Positions 27,267 to 37,464 of a stretch of DNA of 64,000 nt are shown piece by piece. Within the stretch, counting starts at the first letter, position 1; each line of letters starts with the position of its first letter. A program made the translations under genes and the position numbers. Source of the DNA: Dehalococcoidia bacterium (GTDB lineage: Bacteria > Chloroflexota > Dehalococcoidia > UBA2979); the NCBI GenBank assembly GCA_964291495.2, contig OZ219871.1, positions 96,001 to 160,000 of the forward strand, in the 5' to 3' direction. The notes under the pieces were generated by a model that saw only the letters and a program-made list of their open reading frames with translations, was not told the DNA's origin and searched no databases.

Positions 27267-29825
27267 GTGGTCACGATCACGCTCAACGGCGAGACGCTGG
27301 AGGTCGAGGCCGGACGGCCGCTCGTCGAGGTGATCAAGGAGCAGGGCGTTCGCATCACGAACCTCTGCTACATCGACGGCCTCGAACCCTACGCCGGCTG
27401 CCGCACCTGCATCGTCGAGATCGAGGGCGCGCGGCCGACCGAGCTGCAGCTCTCCTGCACCGCCGTGACCGCCGACGGCATGGCGGTCAACACCGAGACC
27501 TCCGATGTGAAGCGCGCGCGCCAGCAGGTGATGTCGCTGATCATGGCGAACCACCCCGACCGCTGCCTCACTTGCCACCGCCGCGTGCACTGCCAGCCGG
27601 GCGAGATCTGCCTGCGCGACGACGTCGTGACGCATCGCTGCCTGACCTGCAGCAAGAACTACCGCTGCGAGCTGCAGACCTCGACCGAGCTAATCGACAT
27701 GGGCGAGTACGAGGAGCCGTGGGTCGGCGAAGATCGTTCCTACTATGAGACGCCGCCGCCCGAGGTGGACCGCGCCAACCCGTTCCTCGAGTTCGACCCG
27801 CAGATGTGCATCATCTGCACGCGCTGCGTGCGCGCCTGCGCCGACCTGCGCCACACCGGCGCGATCAGCCTCTCCGGCAAGGGCTCGACCACGATGATCG
27901 CCTTCGGGACCGGCGGCGCCATCCACGAGTCCAACTGCGACTTCTGCGGCGCCTGCATCGATGTCTGTCCCACCGCGACGTTGATGGAGAAGCCGAACAA
28001 GTGGATGGCGCTCTCCGAGGAGTGGACCAACTCGGCCTGTAACTCCTGCGCCGTCGGCTGCACGATCTCCTACGGGCTGCGTGACGGGCGCCCGATGATC
28101 GTGCGGCCCGATCGCCTCAACCCCACCAGCCGCGACCAGATCTGCGTGCGCGGCCGCTTCCACTACGACGCCGTCGGCGACCGCGAGCGGCTGAGCCGCT
28201 CGCTCGTCCGCGAGGGCGACCTGCTGCTCCCGGCCACACCCGAGGATGCACTCGCCGAGGCCGCGCGGCTGCTCTCCGCCGTCAAGGAGCAACACGGCGC
28301 GGAGGCGATCGCCGTCCTCGGTTCGCCGCTCGCGACCAACGAAGAGGCGGCGCTGCTCGCGAAGCTCGCGGGTGAGGTCATCGGCACGCCGCATCTCGAC
28401 TTCTCGCACGGGCCGGTGCACCGCGCCGCCTCCGCCGCCTTCGAGCGCGGCCTCGGCTCGGCCGAGCTGCCCTCCAGCTACGACGACATCGAGCAGGCCG
28501 GGACGATCGTCGTGGTCGGCGGCGACATCGAGGAGTCGCACCAGGTCATCTCGCTGCGCGTCAAGGACGCAGTGGTGAAGCACGGCGCGAAGCTCGTGCT
28601 CGTCTCGCCGCGCTGGGGCGAGCTGGTCGACTTCGCCGCCGCCTGGCTGCAGCCGCAACCGGGCGCCGAGGCCGCAACGGTCCAGGCGCTGGCAGAGGCC
28701 GACGCCGCCGCGCCCGCGGGCGTGGACGCCGAGTCCCTCGAGGCCGCGCGGGCGCTGCTCGCGGAGCGGCCCGCGGACAGCGACGACGCCGCGCCCTCGT
28801 GCGCGGTCGTGTTCGCGCCGGGCGCGCTGAGCGCCGAGGCGGCCGGAGCGCAGGCCGCGGCCTGCACGAACCTCGCCGTCGCCACCCTCGGCGAGCGCGC
28901 GGCGCAGGGCCTGCACTACCTGCCGACCGACGCCAACGTGCTCGGCATCAGCGATATGGGCGTAACGCCCGGCGAGGGCGGACGCTCCTTCCCCGAGATC
29001 ATCGAGGGCGCGCGCGACGGCGAGATCCGCGCGCTGCTGATCCACGACGACAACCCGCTGCTCAACGCGCCCGGCACGGACGACATGCGTGCCGCCCTCG
29101 AGGCGGTCGAGGCGCTGGTCGTGATCGACTCGCTGCGCTCGACGACGGCGCAGCACGCGAACGTCGTGCTGGCCGAGCTGCCCTTCTTCGCCAAGGACGG
29201 CACGCTGACGACGGGCGACCGCCGCATCACCCGCCAGCGCCCCGCCGCGCAGCCGCGCCGCGACGAGCGCGACGGCGTCGCCATCCTCGTGGCGCTCGCC
29301 AACGCGCTCGGAGGCGACTTCGCCTACGAGAGCGCGGGCGAGGTCATGGCCGAGGCGGCCGCGAGCCTCGAGGGCTACGCGCCGCACGAGGCGGTTCGCT
29401 CCGGCCGCACGCGCGCGCTGTCCGCCTCTCCGGCCTCCGGCGCGAGCGCGCAGCCGCTGCCCGCGAGCGCCGACGGCGCGGCGGCGGACGGCGGCCTGCG
29501 GTTGATTGCCGACCGCTCGCTCTATACCTCGTGGGAGGGCGCCTCGCTGCGCTCCGAGGAGGCCGACAAGCTGCACCGCGAGGAGACGCTGCTGATCAAC
29601 CCCGCCGACGCCGAACCGCTCGGCATGCGCAGCGGGGACGAGCTGGTGCTCGCGAACGGCTCGCACGAGGTGCGCATCCCCGCGCAGCTCGACGACGGCG
29701 TCCCGCCCGGCGTCGTCTACGCCTCGCGCTACTTCGACGGCGGCGCGCTGATGGCGCTGTTCCCGCTGCGCGGCGCGGCGTCCGCCGCCGCCGAGGTCCG
29801 GGTGCGGGCGCTCCAGCCCGCCTGA
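27267..29825 (+). CDS. NuoG-like / molybdopterin-oxidoreductase-fold Fe-S protein
   Basis: N-terminal 2Fe-2S domain, CIICTRC, CDFCGACIDVCP, CNSCAVGC..C, and a C-terminal molydopterin-binding-like domain without an obvious Cys/Sec ligand. Confidence 0.85.
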   Translation: MVTITLNGETLEVEAGRPLVEVIKEQGVRITNLCYIDGLEPYAGCRTCIVEIEGARPTELQLSCTAVTADGMAVNTETSDVKRARQQVMSLIMANHPDRCLTCHRRVHCQPGEICLRDDVVTHRCLTCSKNYRCELQTSTELIDMGEYEEPWVGEDRSYYETPPPEVDRANPFLEFDPQMCIICTRCVRACADLRHTGAISLSGKGSTTMIAFGTGGAIHESNCDFCGACIDVCPTATLMEKPNKWMALSEEWTNSACNSCAVGCTISYGLRDGRPMIVRPDRLNPTSRDQICVRGRFHYDAVGDRERLSRSLVREGDLLLPATPEDALAEAARLLSAVKEQHGAEAIAVLGSPLATNEEAALLAKLAGEVIGTPHLDFSHGPVHRAASAAFERGLGSAELPSSYDDIEQAGTIVVVGGDIEESHQVISLRVKDAVVKHGAKLVLVSPRWGELVDFAAAWLQPQPGAEAATVQALAEADAAAPAGVDAESLEAARALLAERPADSDDAAPSCAVVFAPGALSAEAAGAQAAACTNLAVATLGERAAQGLHYLPTDANVLGISDMGVTPGEGGRSFPEIIEGARDGEIRALLIHDDNPLLNAPGTDDMRAALEAVEALVVIDSLRSTTAQHANVVLAELPFFAKDGTLTTGDRRITRQRPAAQPRRDERDGVAILVALANALGGDFAYESAGEVMAEAAASLEGYAPHEAVRSGRTRALSASPASGASAQPLPASADGAAADGGLRLIADRSLYTSWEGASLRSEEADKLHREETLLINPADAEPLGMRSGDELVLANGSHEVRIPAQLDDGVPPGVVYASRYFDGGALMALFPLRGAASAAAEVRVRALQPA

Positions 29826-29868
29826 GCCGACAGCCCTCGATGGCCCGGCCGGCACGGCCTGCCCGACA

Positions 29869-30267
29869 GTGACCTCAGCCTCGGACCCGGCGGAGCTGCC
29901 ACCCGGCCAGCGCGGACTCGTCCTGCTGACCGTCGAGGAGGACGCCGAGAGCGCGGGCGAGTACCACGAGCTCCTGCTCACCGAGGGCATCGACGCGGAA
30001 CTGCACATCGAGCACGCGGCGAGCTTCGGCTCGCGCTCCTCCGTCTACCCGTCTGGCGCGCCGTTCGTGTACGCGCTGTTCGTCCCCGCGCACGAGGCGC
30101 AGGCCGCCGCGGCGGCGCTGATCGAGGCCGGTTGGGACGGCCGGCGCAGCGCCTTCTCGCGGGGCCGCGGCCGCCTCGATCCCTCGTTCGTACTGCGCGG
30201 CGCGCTGCTCGCGCTGCTCGCCGGCGTGGCGCTGGCGGCCGCGCTGCTCGTGCTGCGGCCGGAGTAG
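29869..30267 (+). CDS. Hypothetical protein with C-terminal TM helix
   Basis: Typical codon usage; hydrophobic C-terminus. Confidence 0.6.
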   Translation: MTSASDPAELPPGQRGLVLLTVEEDAESAGEYHELLLTEGIDAELHIEHAASFGSRSSVYPSGAPFVYALFVPAHEAQAAAAALIEAGWDGRRSAFSRGRGRLDPSFVLRGALLALLAGVALAAALLVLRPE

Positions 30268-30344
30268 CGAGACCGCCACCCGCGCCACTCCCCCCTTCGA
30301 ACACGCCTCGCCCGCCGCGTACACAGCGTGGCGAAGGGGCTCGC

Positions 30345-31013
30345 ATGGCCATCGATCTGACGGACCGCTACTTCGCGACGGAGTTCATGCGCGGCGGGAT
30401 GACGCGCTGGAAGCTCGACCGTGAGGCGTGGCCGGTGCGCGCGATCGTGCTGCACCACGCGGCCGGCTGGTACGGGCCGCCGCTCGGCCCCGAGGCCTCC
30501 CGCCGCGAGGAGGAGCAGCGCATCCACTCGCTGGCGCGCGACCACCACACGCGCTTCGGCGTCGGACCCGGCTACCACTACGTCGCCTTCCCAAGCGGGC
30601 GGCTCTACGCCGTCGGCAAGGCCGGCACGCACCGCGCGCACACGAAGGGCCGCAACCCGGAGTCCGGCGTGCGCTGGAACATCGACGCCATCGGCGTCTG
30701 CGCGCTCGGCGACTACGAAGGGGCGGGTCGGGACGAGCCTACGACGGGGCTGCGCGAGGCGATCGAAGAGGCCGTCGAAGAGATCCGGGGCTTCCGCTTC
30801 AGCGTGCCGCGCGCGCCGGTCTTCGGCCACGGCATGACGCCGTCGGCGAACGCCTCGGGTGACCCGCTGCCTCAGGCGACGTCCTGTCCCGGCCGGCGGC
30901 TGATCCCGCTGCTCGCGACGCTCAACCGCCCGGCGTCGCCGGACGTGAGCGCCGAACTGGCGGCGATCCGTGCAGCGGCCGGGGCGATCGAGCGCAAGCT
31001 GGCGGCCGCGTAG
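30345..31013 (+). CDS. Amidase_2 / PGRP-type N-acetylmuramoyl-L-alanine amidase
   Basis: IVLHHAAG, GYHYV, RAHTKG, AIGVC, FGH and ATSCPG (His/His/Cys Zn ligands). Confidence 0.85.
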   Translation: MAIDLTDRYFATEFMRGGMTRWKLDREAWPVRAIVLHHAAGWYGPPLGPEASRREEEQRIHSLARDHHTRFGVGPGYHYVAFPSGRLYAVGKAGTHRAHTKGRNPESGVRWNIDAIGVCALGDYEGAGRDEPTTGLREAIEEAVEEIRGFRFSVPRAPVFGHGMTPSANASGDPLPQATSCPGRRLIPLLATLNRPASPDVSAELAAIRAAAGAIERKLAAA

Positions 31014-31030
31014 CGGCTCCTCCGAGGCGC

Positions 31031-32677
31031 CTACTCGCGCTGCATCATCGTCGAGTAGCCGCCGAACGGCACCGTGCTCGCGCGGGCGTGCTCGTCGGCG
31101 ACGACGTGCACGCAGGCAGGCTTGCCGCTGGCGAAGGCACGCTCGATGGCCGGGCGGATCTCCTCCGGCTTAGTGACCAGCTCGCCGTGCCCGCCCAGCG
31201 CCTCGACGACGTCGTGGTAGCGCTGAGACTGCCCGAGGCTGCGGCCCGGCGTGGTGTTCGGGCCGCCGGTCCAGCCGCCGTTGTTGTTGATCACGGCCAC
31301 GATCGGCAGGTCGTGCCGCACCATCGTGTCGAACTCCTGCACGTTCATCAGGAACGAGCCGTCGCCGATGAAGGCGACCACCTGGCGGCCCGGTGCCGCG
31401 GCCTTCGCGCCCATCGCGAAGGGGATGCCGGTGCCCATGCAGCCGTTCGGGCCGGAGTTCAGCCGGCCGCCCTCGGCGAACGCGGGAATCCACTGCCGGC
31501 CGAAGTTCAGCGTCTCCATGCCGTCGATGCAGATGATCGCGTCGCGCTCGACCGTGTTCACGATCTCGTTGGCGATGCGCAGCGGGTGGATCGGCGTCGC
31601 GTCGGACTCGGCCATCTCGAGCGTCCGCTGACGCCTCGAGTGGTCGCTCTCGCCGAGGCGCGCGATCCAGTCCTGCGAACCCTGCAGGCCAACCTCCTTC
31701 GCCTTGTCGGTGAGCGCCCGCAGCGAGAGCTTCGCGTCGGCGACGATGCCGAGCTCGATCGGCCGGTTGTGGCCGAGCTCCGTCGAGTCGGTGTCGATCT
31801 GGATCACCTTCACGTCCTCGGCAAAGCGAGGCGGGTGCCCGAACGAGATGATGAAGTTGAAGCGCGTCCCCACCACGAGGATGGCGTCCGCCTCGCGGAA
31901 GGCCTGCCCGCGCGAGGCGAGGAACGCCAGGTCATGGTCCTCGGGGACCACGCCGCGCCCGAGGGGCGTCGTGTAGAAGGGGATGCGCGCCGCGTCGATG
32001 AACTCGCGCAGCTCCGCGGCGGCGTCCGACCAGAAGACGCCGCTGCCGCTCAGCACCAGCGGGCGCTCGGCCTCCGACAGGATCTCAATTGCGCGCTCGA
32101 TGGAGCCCTCGTCCGGCGCAGGGCGCGCCGGCCGCTGGCCGCCGGGCGGGAACCACACGCCCGAGTCGTCGACCCGCTCGTAGAGGGCATCACCGGGCAG
32201 ATCGAGGTAGGTCGGGCCCGGCTTCGGGCCCTGCGCCTTGCGCATCGCCATATTGAAGTACTCGGCCATGCGGTCGGCGTGGTGGACGCGTGCGGCCCAG
32301 CGCGTGACCGGCTTCGCCATCGTGAGCTGGTCGTACTCCTGGAAGGCGTCGCTGTCGAAGGCGCGCAGCGCCGCCGCGCCGCCGAGCGCGACCATCGGGA
32401 CGCCATCGAGGTAGGCGTTGGCGACGCCCGTGAGCAGGTTCGTCGTCGCCGGCCCGGAGGCGGCGAGGCAGATACCGGGCGAGCGCTTCACGCGCGCGTA
32501 GCCGTGGGCCGCCATCGCGGCGCCCTGCTCGTGGCGGCAGTCGATCGTGCGGATGCCGAAGTCGCCGGCGAACCCGGCGGTTTCGATGATGGGGCCGCCC
32601 ATCAGGTAGAAGAGGTCCTCGACCCCCTCCTCGCGCATCTGACGCGCAAGCAGTTCCGATCCAGAGTTCTCGGCCAT
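31031..32677 (-). CDS. TPP-dependent enzyme, 2-hydroxyacyl-CoA lyase / oxalyl-CoA decarboxylase-like
   Basis: RHEQGAAMAA, SGP, AFQE, GCMGTGIPFA and GDGSF...NN motifs. Confidence 0.85.
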   Translation of the reverse strand: MAENSGSELLARQMREEGVEDLFYLMGGPIIETAGFAGDFGIRTIDCRHEQGAAMAAHGYARVKRSPGICLAASGPATTNLLTGVANAYLDGVPMVALGGAAALRAFDSDAFQEYDQLTMAKPVTRWAARVHHADRMAEYFNMAMRKAQGPKPGPTYLDLPGDALYERVDDSGVWFPPGGQRPARPAPDEGSIERAIEILSEAERPLVLSGSGVFWSDAAAELREFIDAARIPFYTTPLGRGVVPEDHDLAFLASRGQAFREADAILVVGTRFNFIISFGHPPRFAEDVKVIQIDTDSTELGHNRPIELGIVADAKLSLRALTDKAKEVGLQGSQDWIARLGESDHSRRQRTLEMAESDATPIHPLRIANEIVNTVERDAIICIDGMETLNFGRQWIPAFAEGGRLNSGPNGCMGTGIPFAMGAKAAAPGRQVVAFIGDGSFLMNVQEFDTMVRHDLPIVAVINNNGGWTGGPNTTPGRSLGQSQRYHDVVEALGGHGELVTKPEEIRPAIERAFASGKPACVHVVADEHARASTVPFGGYSTMMQRE

Positions 32678-32732
32678 TCCGCACCTCCCTAGGCGAGCGC
32701 CATCATATCGGAGCGCGGGACCGCCCTGCGGG

Positions 32733-33578
32733 CTACGCGCCGGGCGGATGCCAGGTGACCATCCCGATCTCCCGGAGTCCCAGCGGCAGCAGGACGCCGT
32801 CCGGCCCTCCCCACCACCGATCGATGAGGTCGCACATCCGGCGGTCCTTGTCCGAACCGGGCTGCAGCCAGAGCAGCCGCCGCACGAACGACCGCGCGTG
32901 CTCGGGCTCGATCGGTGTCGCGGGCGCGCCCGACCACACCCGCCGCACCTCGTAGGAGCGCCCGAGGGCGCCGAGCAGCGCGATGAACTCGTGCAGCGCG
33001 GGGAGCGGCTCGAACGGTTCCTCGTGGACCGCCTCGAACAGCCCGGCAAACTGGGCGCCACGGGGGAACCGCGCCAGCGACACTACGCAGAGGCGTCGTG
33101 CGTGCTGCTCCATCGCCTCGAGGAAAGGGAGCGGCTCGCGATTGTCGTAGAGGCAGTGCGCGGCCAGCGCCACGTCCGCCTGTTCCATCCAGCCCGCCAC
33201 CGGCCAGCGCGCATCGTGGACGGTGATGTTCGTCAGACCCGCCTCCTCCACGCCGTCGGCGAGCACGCGGCGCATCGCCGGCGACGGTTCGATGGCGATC
33301 ACCTCGCTCACCCGGCGAGCGAGCGGCAGCGCGAAGCGGCCTCCTCCCGCGCCGATGTCGAGCCAGCGATCCTCGGGCCGCGCGAGCGACGCGAGCACGC
33401 CGAACTCGGCAGCCGAGGACTCCGACGGCCGGAACGTCCCCGCGACCGGCGCATAGAAGTCGTGCGCGGGTTCGGGCTCGCGCACGCGCGCGACCTGTTC
33501 GGCGTCGGCATCAACCAGCCGCGTCCACGCCTCGCGCGCCTCGTCGAGCGACGGCCGTAGTGCGTGGGTCGGATCCAT
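32733..33578 (-). CDS. Class I SAM-dependent methyltransferase
   Basis: WLDIGAGGGRFALPLA and IEPSPAM motifs. Confidence 0.85.
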   Translation of the reverse strand: MDPTHALRPSLDEAREAWTRLVDADAEQVARVREPEPAHDFYAPVAGTFRPSESSAAEFGVLASLARPEDRWLDIGAGGGRFALPLARRVSEVIAIEPSPAMRRVLADGVEEAGLTNITVHDARWPVAGWMEQADVALAAHCLYDNREPLPFLEAMEQHARRLCVVSLARFPRGAQFAGLFEAVHEEPFEPLPALHEFIALLGALGRSYEVRRVWSGAPATPIEPEHARSFVRRLLWLQPGSDKDRRMCDLIDRWWGGPDGVLLPLGLREIGMVTWHPPGA

Positions 33579-33612
33579 CTTGCCCCTGTGGAGACCGGCC
33601 ATGCCGCCCGGG

Positions 33613-36149
33613 TTAGCCGAGGCGCACCTTCTCGAGGAAATCGGCGTCGAAGCGCAGGATCGAGCCAAGCTGGGCGTAGTCCGCGAACTCTTCGTCGCGG
33701 GCCGCGACCACGTCCGGGTCCCACCAGCCGGTCGAGGGCGCGACGAGGCCCTGCGATCCCGCGGCCTCCCGTGCCTCCGCCTCCGTCAGCCCGACTTCCA
33801 TCAACGCCTCGGCGGTGTGCTCACCGAAGGGGGGCACGGGGTTGCGCGTCGGGAAGCCCCGGCCGTCGAACTTCGGAGGGAAGTAGCGCTGCATCGGCAC
33901 CGGGCCGAGATCCGCGACATACACGGGGTCGAAGAAGTCGCGGGCGCGGAGGTGTGGATCGAGCAGGATCTCGTCCGCCTTCAGCACCCCGGCCGCGGGC
34001 ACGCCGGCGCCCTGCAACAGCTCCGCGACATCCGACTTCGAGCGCGCGCTCGTCCAGTCCGCGATCAGCGCGTCGATCTCGTCATGATGCCGAGTGCGCG
34101 CCCCGGCGCTCGCGAAGCGGTAATCGGAGAGCCAGCCGTCGTGGCCCGTGGCCCGGCAGAACGCCTCCCACTCCGGGTAGTTGCGCATCGAGATCGCGAC
34201 CCATTCGTCATCGCCCGCGCAGGGGTAGGCGCCACGCACCATGCCCGGGCGGCGGTTGCCGTCGCCGCCGTGCAGCCGCCCGTTGAGCAGATAGTCGCCG
34301 AGGTACGGCGCGAGCGTCGGCACCGTCGACTCCTGCATCGAGACGTCGATGCGCTGGCCGCGCCCCGTCACCTCGCGGCGCATCAGGGCCGCGATGATCG
34401 CGCCGACGCCGTTCAGGCCGGTGAAGGGGTCGACCCAGGTCTGGCCGGTCTTGAGCGGCGGCTCGCCTGGGTAGCCCGTGACGGCGGCGGGGCCGGAGGC
34501 GGCCTCCATCGTCATGCCCACCGCCGATCGCTCACCGTTGGGGCCGGACTGCCCGAACCCGGCGATCGAGCACATCACGAGGCGCGGGCAGCGGTCCACG
34601 ATCTCCGGGTAGGTCAGGTGCAGCCCGCGCGTCACGCGCGGTGGGAAGTTCTCGACGAAGACGTCCGCGCGCTCGAGCAGGCGCAGCATCAGCTCGCGCC
34701 CCTCGGGCGCCCGCAGGTTGAGCGCCGCCGACCGCTTGCTCGCCTGCCGCGCCGTGAAGTAGGCGGGGCCGATCGAGGAGTGCGGCGGGCGCGCGTACTC
34801 GACCTTCACCACGTCCGCACCCAGCTCCGAGAGCAGCCGCCCGGCGAGCGATCCCGTCCAGCCGCGCGAGAGGTCCACGACGCGGATGCCCTCGAAGTAG
34901 CGCAGGCGTCCCGAAGGAGCCTCGCGCCGGACCGCGGAGGCCGGCGCGGCAGGCTCGCTGCCCTCGCTCTCCTCGGACAGCAGCGCGTTCGCCTCGCCGA
35001 GGGCGGGCGCTTCCGGGCCGATCAGCAGCGGGCTCTCGGTGAACCTCCCCGCCGGACCGGGCAGCACGCCGCCCGTGGCCTCGCCGTTCGCGTCCACCTC
35101 GGCCCTCCAGTAGCCGCGGGCCTCGAGGTGCGGGTCGTCGAGCAGGTCGGGCACCGTCGCCACCTCGCCGAAGCCAAGGTCGAGCTCGCCGGTGCGCAGG
35201 AAGATCTCGCGCGAGGTGTGCGAGTCGAACCACGGCTGGACCAGCTCGTCGAACTCGCGCCAGTGCACCAGCCGCGCGGCCGCGTCGGCGAAGAGCGGAT
35301 GTGTCGCGAGCTCGGGCTGCTCGATCAGCTTCGAGATGTTGCCGGCGAAGTCCCGCCCGCCCGGCCCGGCGGTGACGAAGGCGATGTAGCCGTCCTTGCA
35401 GGCGAAGATGTCAGAGGGTAGCCCGGCAGGATTTGCGAGTAGAAGCGGCGGCGCACGCCGCCGGTACCGAGGTAGACCGAGAGGTTGTGGTCGTCCGTCA
35501 TCGTCAGCGTCTCGTGGATCGAGACATCCACGAACCCGGGGCACTCCCCGGCCCGCGCCTCCGCGACAGCGGCGAGCGCGCCGATCCAGCCGACGACGGC
35601 GCCAAAGTAGTCCGCAAGCTCGACGCCCGAGCTGAGCGGCTCGCGATCGGGATCGCCGCTCACGTAGGAGTTGCCGGCGAGCGCCTCGATGATGTGGCTG
35701 TCCGCCTGGTGTGAGGCGTAGGGGCCGTCTATCCCGAACTCGCTGATCGAGACGTACGTCGTCTCGGGAAAGCGCTCGCGCATCCGCTCGGGCTCGGCAA
35801 GCGGCAGCGCCGAGGGCGTGCGCCAGCTTCCGATCAGCAGCGCGCTGCCGCGCAACAGCGGCTCGAGGGCCTCCGCCCCCTCTGGCGTCGTGATGTCGAG
35901 CGCGATGCTGCGCTTGCCGGCGTTGAGCAGCCGGTGCCGGCCGCCGCCATCGAGGTCCGGGCGGTCGTCCGTGAACGGTCCGGCCCGGCGGATCGCGTCG
36001 CCTCCCGGCGGCTCGATGCGGATCACCTCGACGCCCGTCTGCGCCAGCAGCCGCCCGCAGTAGGCGACGGCCAGCCCCGAGGCGAGCTCGATCGCTCGCA
36101 CGCCCTCGAGGGGAGGTGGCGCACCGTCGGGCATCAGGGGCTTCACCAT
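33613..36149 (-). pseudogene. Two-domain family III CoA-transferase split by a 1-nt frameshift near 35417
   Basis: N-part PLEGVRAIEL..LNAGKRS..RFYSQILPGY continues in another frame as PSDIFACKDG..FEGIRVVDLS..PPFGEHT. Confidence 0.8.
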
Positions 36150-36246
36150 GTCGTGCTCCTTCGGCTGCGTCAGCGCTGGGCGCTAGGTTACAACGCGCGC
36201 AATGCACCGCGTCCGCACCGGCTCCACAGCTGCGCCGGGGCGGGGG

Positions 36247-37389
36247 TTACGTCGAGACACCCGCCGCCGTGGCGGCCGAGGGGTCGAGGGCGTGTAGCGC
36301 GGGCAGCGCGCCCTCCGCGAAGAGCCGCATGCTCCGCTCGGCGATTTCGTAGGGCATCGTGCCGTACTTGAAGACGATCACGAACTCGCGGGCGCCGGTC
36401 ATGCGCTGGATGAAGCGCAGCTTCTCGACGCACTGCCCGGGCGTGCCCCAGACTTGCGTGAGCGCGCTCTCGCGGGCGAGTTGCTCCGGCGTCGAGTTGA
36501 GCCGCCGCTCCGCCGCCTGGGCGTAGTGCTCGTAGCCGCTGGCCTCGAGGAAGTGCGTCGGCTCGTCCCACTCGTAGTGGCGGTTCGTGCCGTCCTTCAG
36601 CTCGCCGAAGTAGCGCAGCAGCCCCTCCCACGCCTCCGCCTCGGTCTCCGCGCAGACCGCGTTGACGACGACGGTGGGCTGCGCCGCAGGGAAGCCGTGC
36701 TGCGCGCGGACCGCGTTGTAGCGGCCCACCTCCTCGCCGTAGTCCTCCCACGGCTTGTGGTTGAGCAGCAGCAGCCCGAGCCGCTCGCGCCCGGCGATCT
36801 CGATCGTCTCCGCGCTGTTCCCGGCAACCATGAAGCGCTCGACGAGGTCCGCGCTCCGCGGCCGCGGACGCAGCGCGGTCTCGGCGACCGCGTAGTGCTC
36901 GCCTTCATAGGAGAAGCGCTCCTGCGTGAGCGCCCGGCGCAGGATCTCGAGGCCCTCGAGGAAGCGTGCGCGCGACTCCCCCATCGCGATCCGCCGCGGA
37001 TCGAACTCGCGCCGCGCCGCGCCCCGCCCGAGGCCGACGAAGAGGCGCCGGCCCTGCAACAGGTTGTCGACCATCGCGATCTCCTCGGCGACGCGCAGCG
37101 GGTCGTGCCACGGCAGCACGATCACCATCGTCCCGATGTCGACGCGGCGCGTGCGGCCGGCGAGGTTGGCGAGGAAGAGCAGCGGGCTCGGCGTGAGGTT
37201 GAGCGGCGAGAAGTGGTGCTCGACCGCCCAGATCGAGTCGAAGCCGAGCGGCTCGATCTGCTCGGCGAGGGCGAGCTCGGCGTCGTAGGTCGCCTCGTCG
37301 GTGGCGGGCGGGCGCTGCGAGCCCTCGCCGGCCTCGAGGCGATCCCAGTCGCCGTGGTTTTGCGTGAAGAGCGAGACGCCGACTCTCAA
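36247..37389 (-). CDS. LLM-class (luciferase-like) flavin-dependent oxidoreductase
   Basis: GFDSIWAVEHHF, PWHDPLRVAEE, GLGRG and SMRLFAE motifs. Confidence 0.9.
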   Translation of the reverse strand: MRVGVSLFTQNHGDWDRLEAGEGSQRPPATDEATYDAELALAEQIEPLGFDSIWAVEHHFSPLNLTPSPLLFLANLAGRTRRVDIGTMVIVLPWHDPLRVAEEIAMVDNLLQGRRLFVGLGRGAARREFDPRRIAMGESRARFLEGLEILRRALTQERFSYEGEHYAVAETALRPRPRSADLVERFMVAGNSAETIEIAGRERLGLLLLNHKPWEDYGEEVGRYNAVRAQHGFPAAQPTVVVNAVCAETEAEAWEGLLRYFGELKDGTNRHYEWDEPTHFLEASGYEHYAQAAERRLNSTPEQLARESALTQVWGTPGQCVEKLRFIQRMTGAREFVIVFKYGTMPYEIAERSMRLFAEGALPALHALDPSAATAAGVST

Positions 37390-37464
37390 GCGGTGCTCCC
37401 TCCGGCTCGAGGTTGCCCGGAACGCGGGACGATCTCCGCATCCGGCGCGTGGTCCGTCAACCGC

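Noticed and set aside
27267-29825. Selenocysteine formate dehydrogenase
   Set aside because: No in-frame TGA and no Cys at the expected Mo/W ligand position
31031-33061. 676-aa extended TPP enzyme in the ORF track
   Set aside because: The extension overlaps the methyltransferase gene; the ATG at 32677 has a good GGAGG SD
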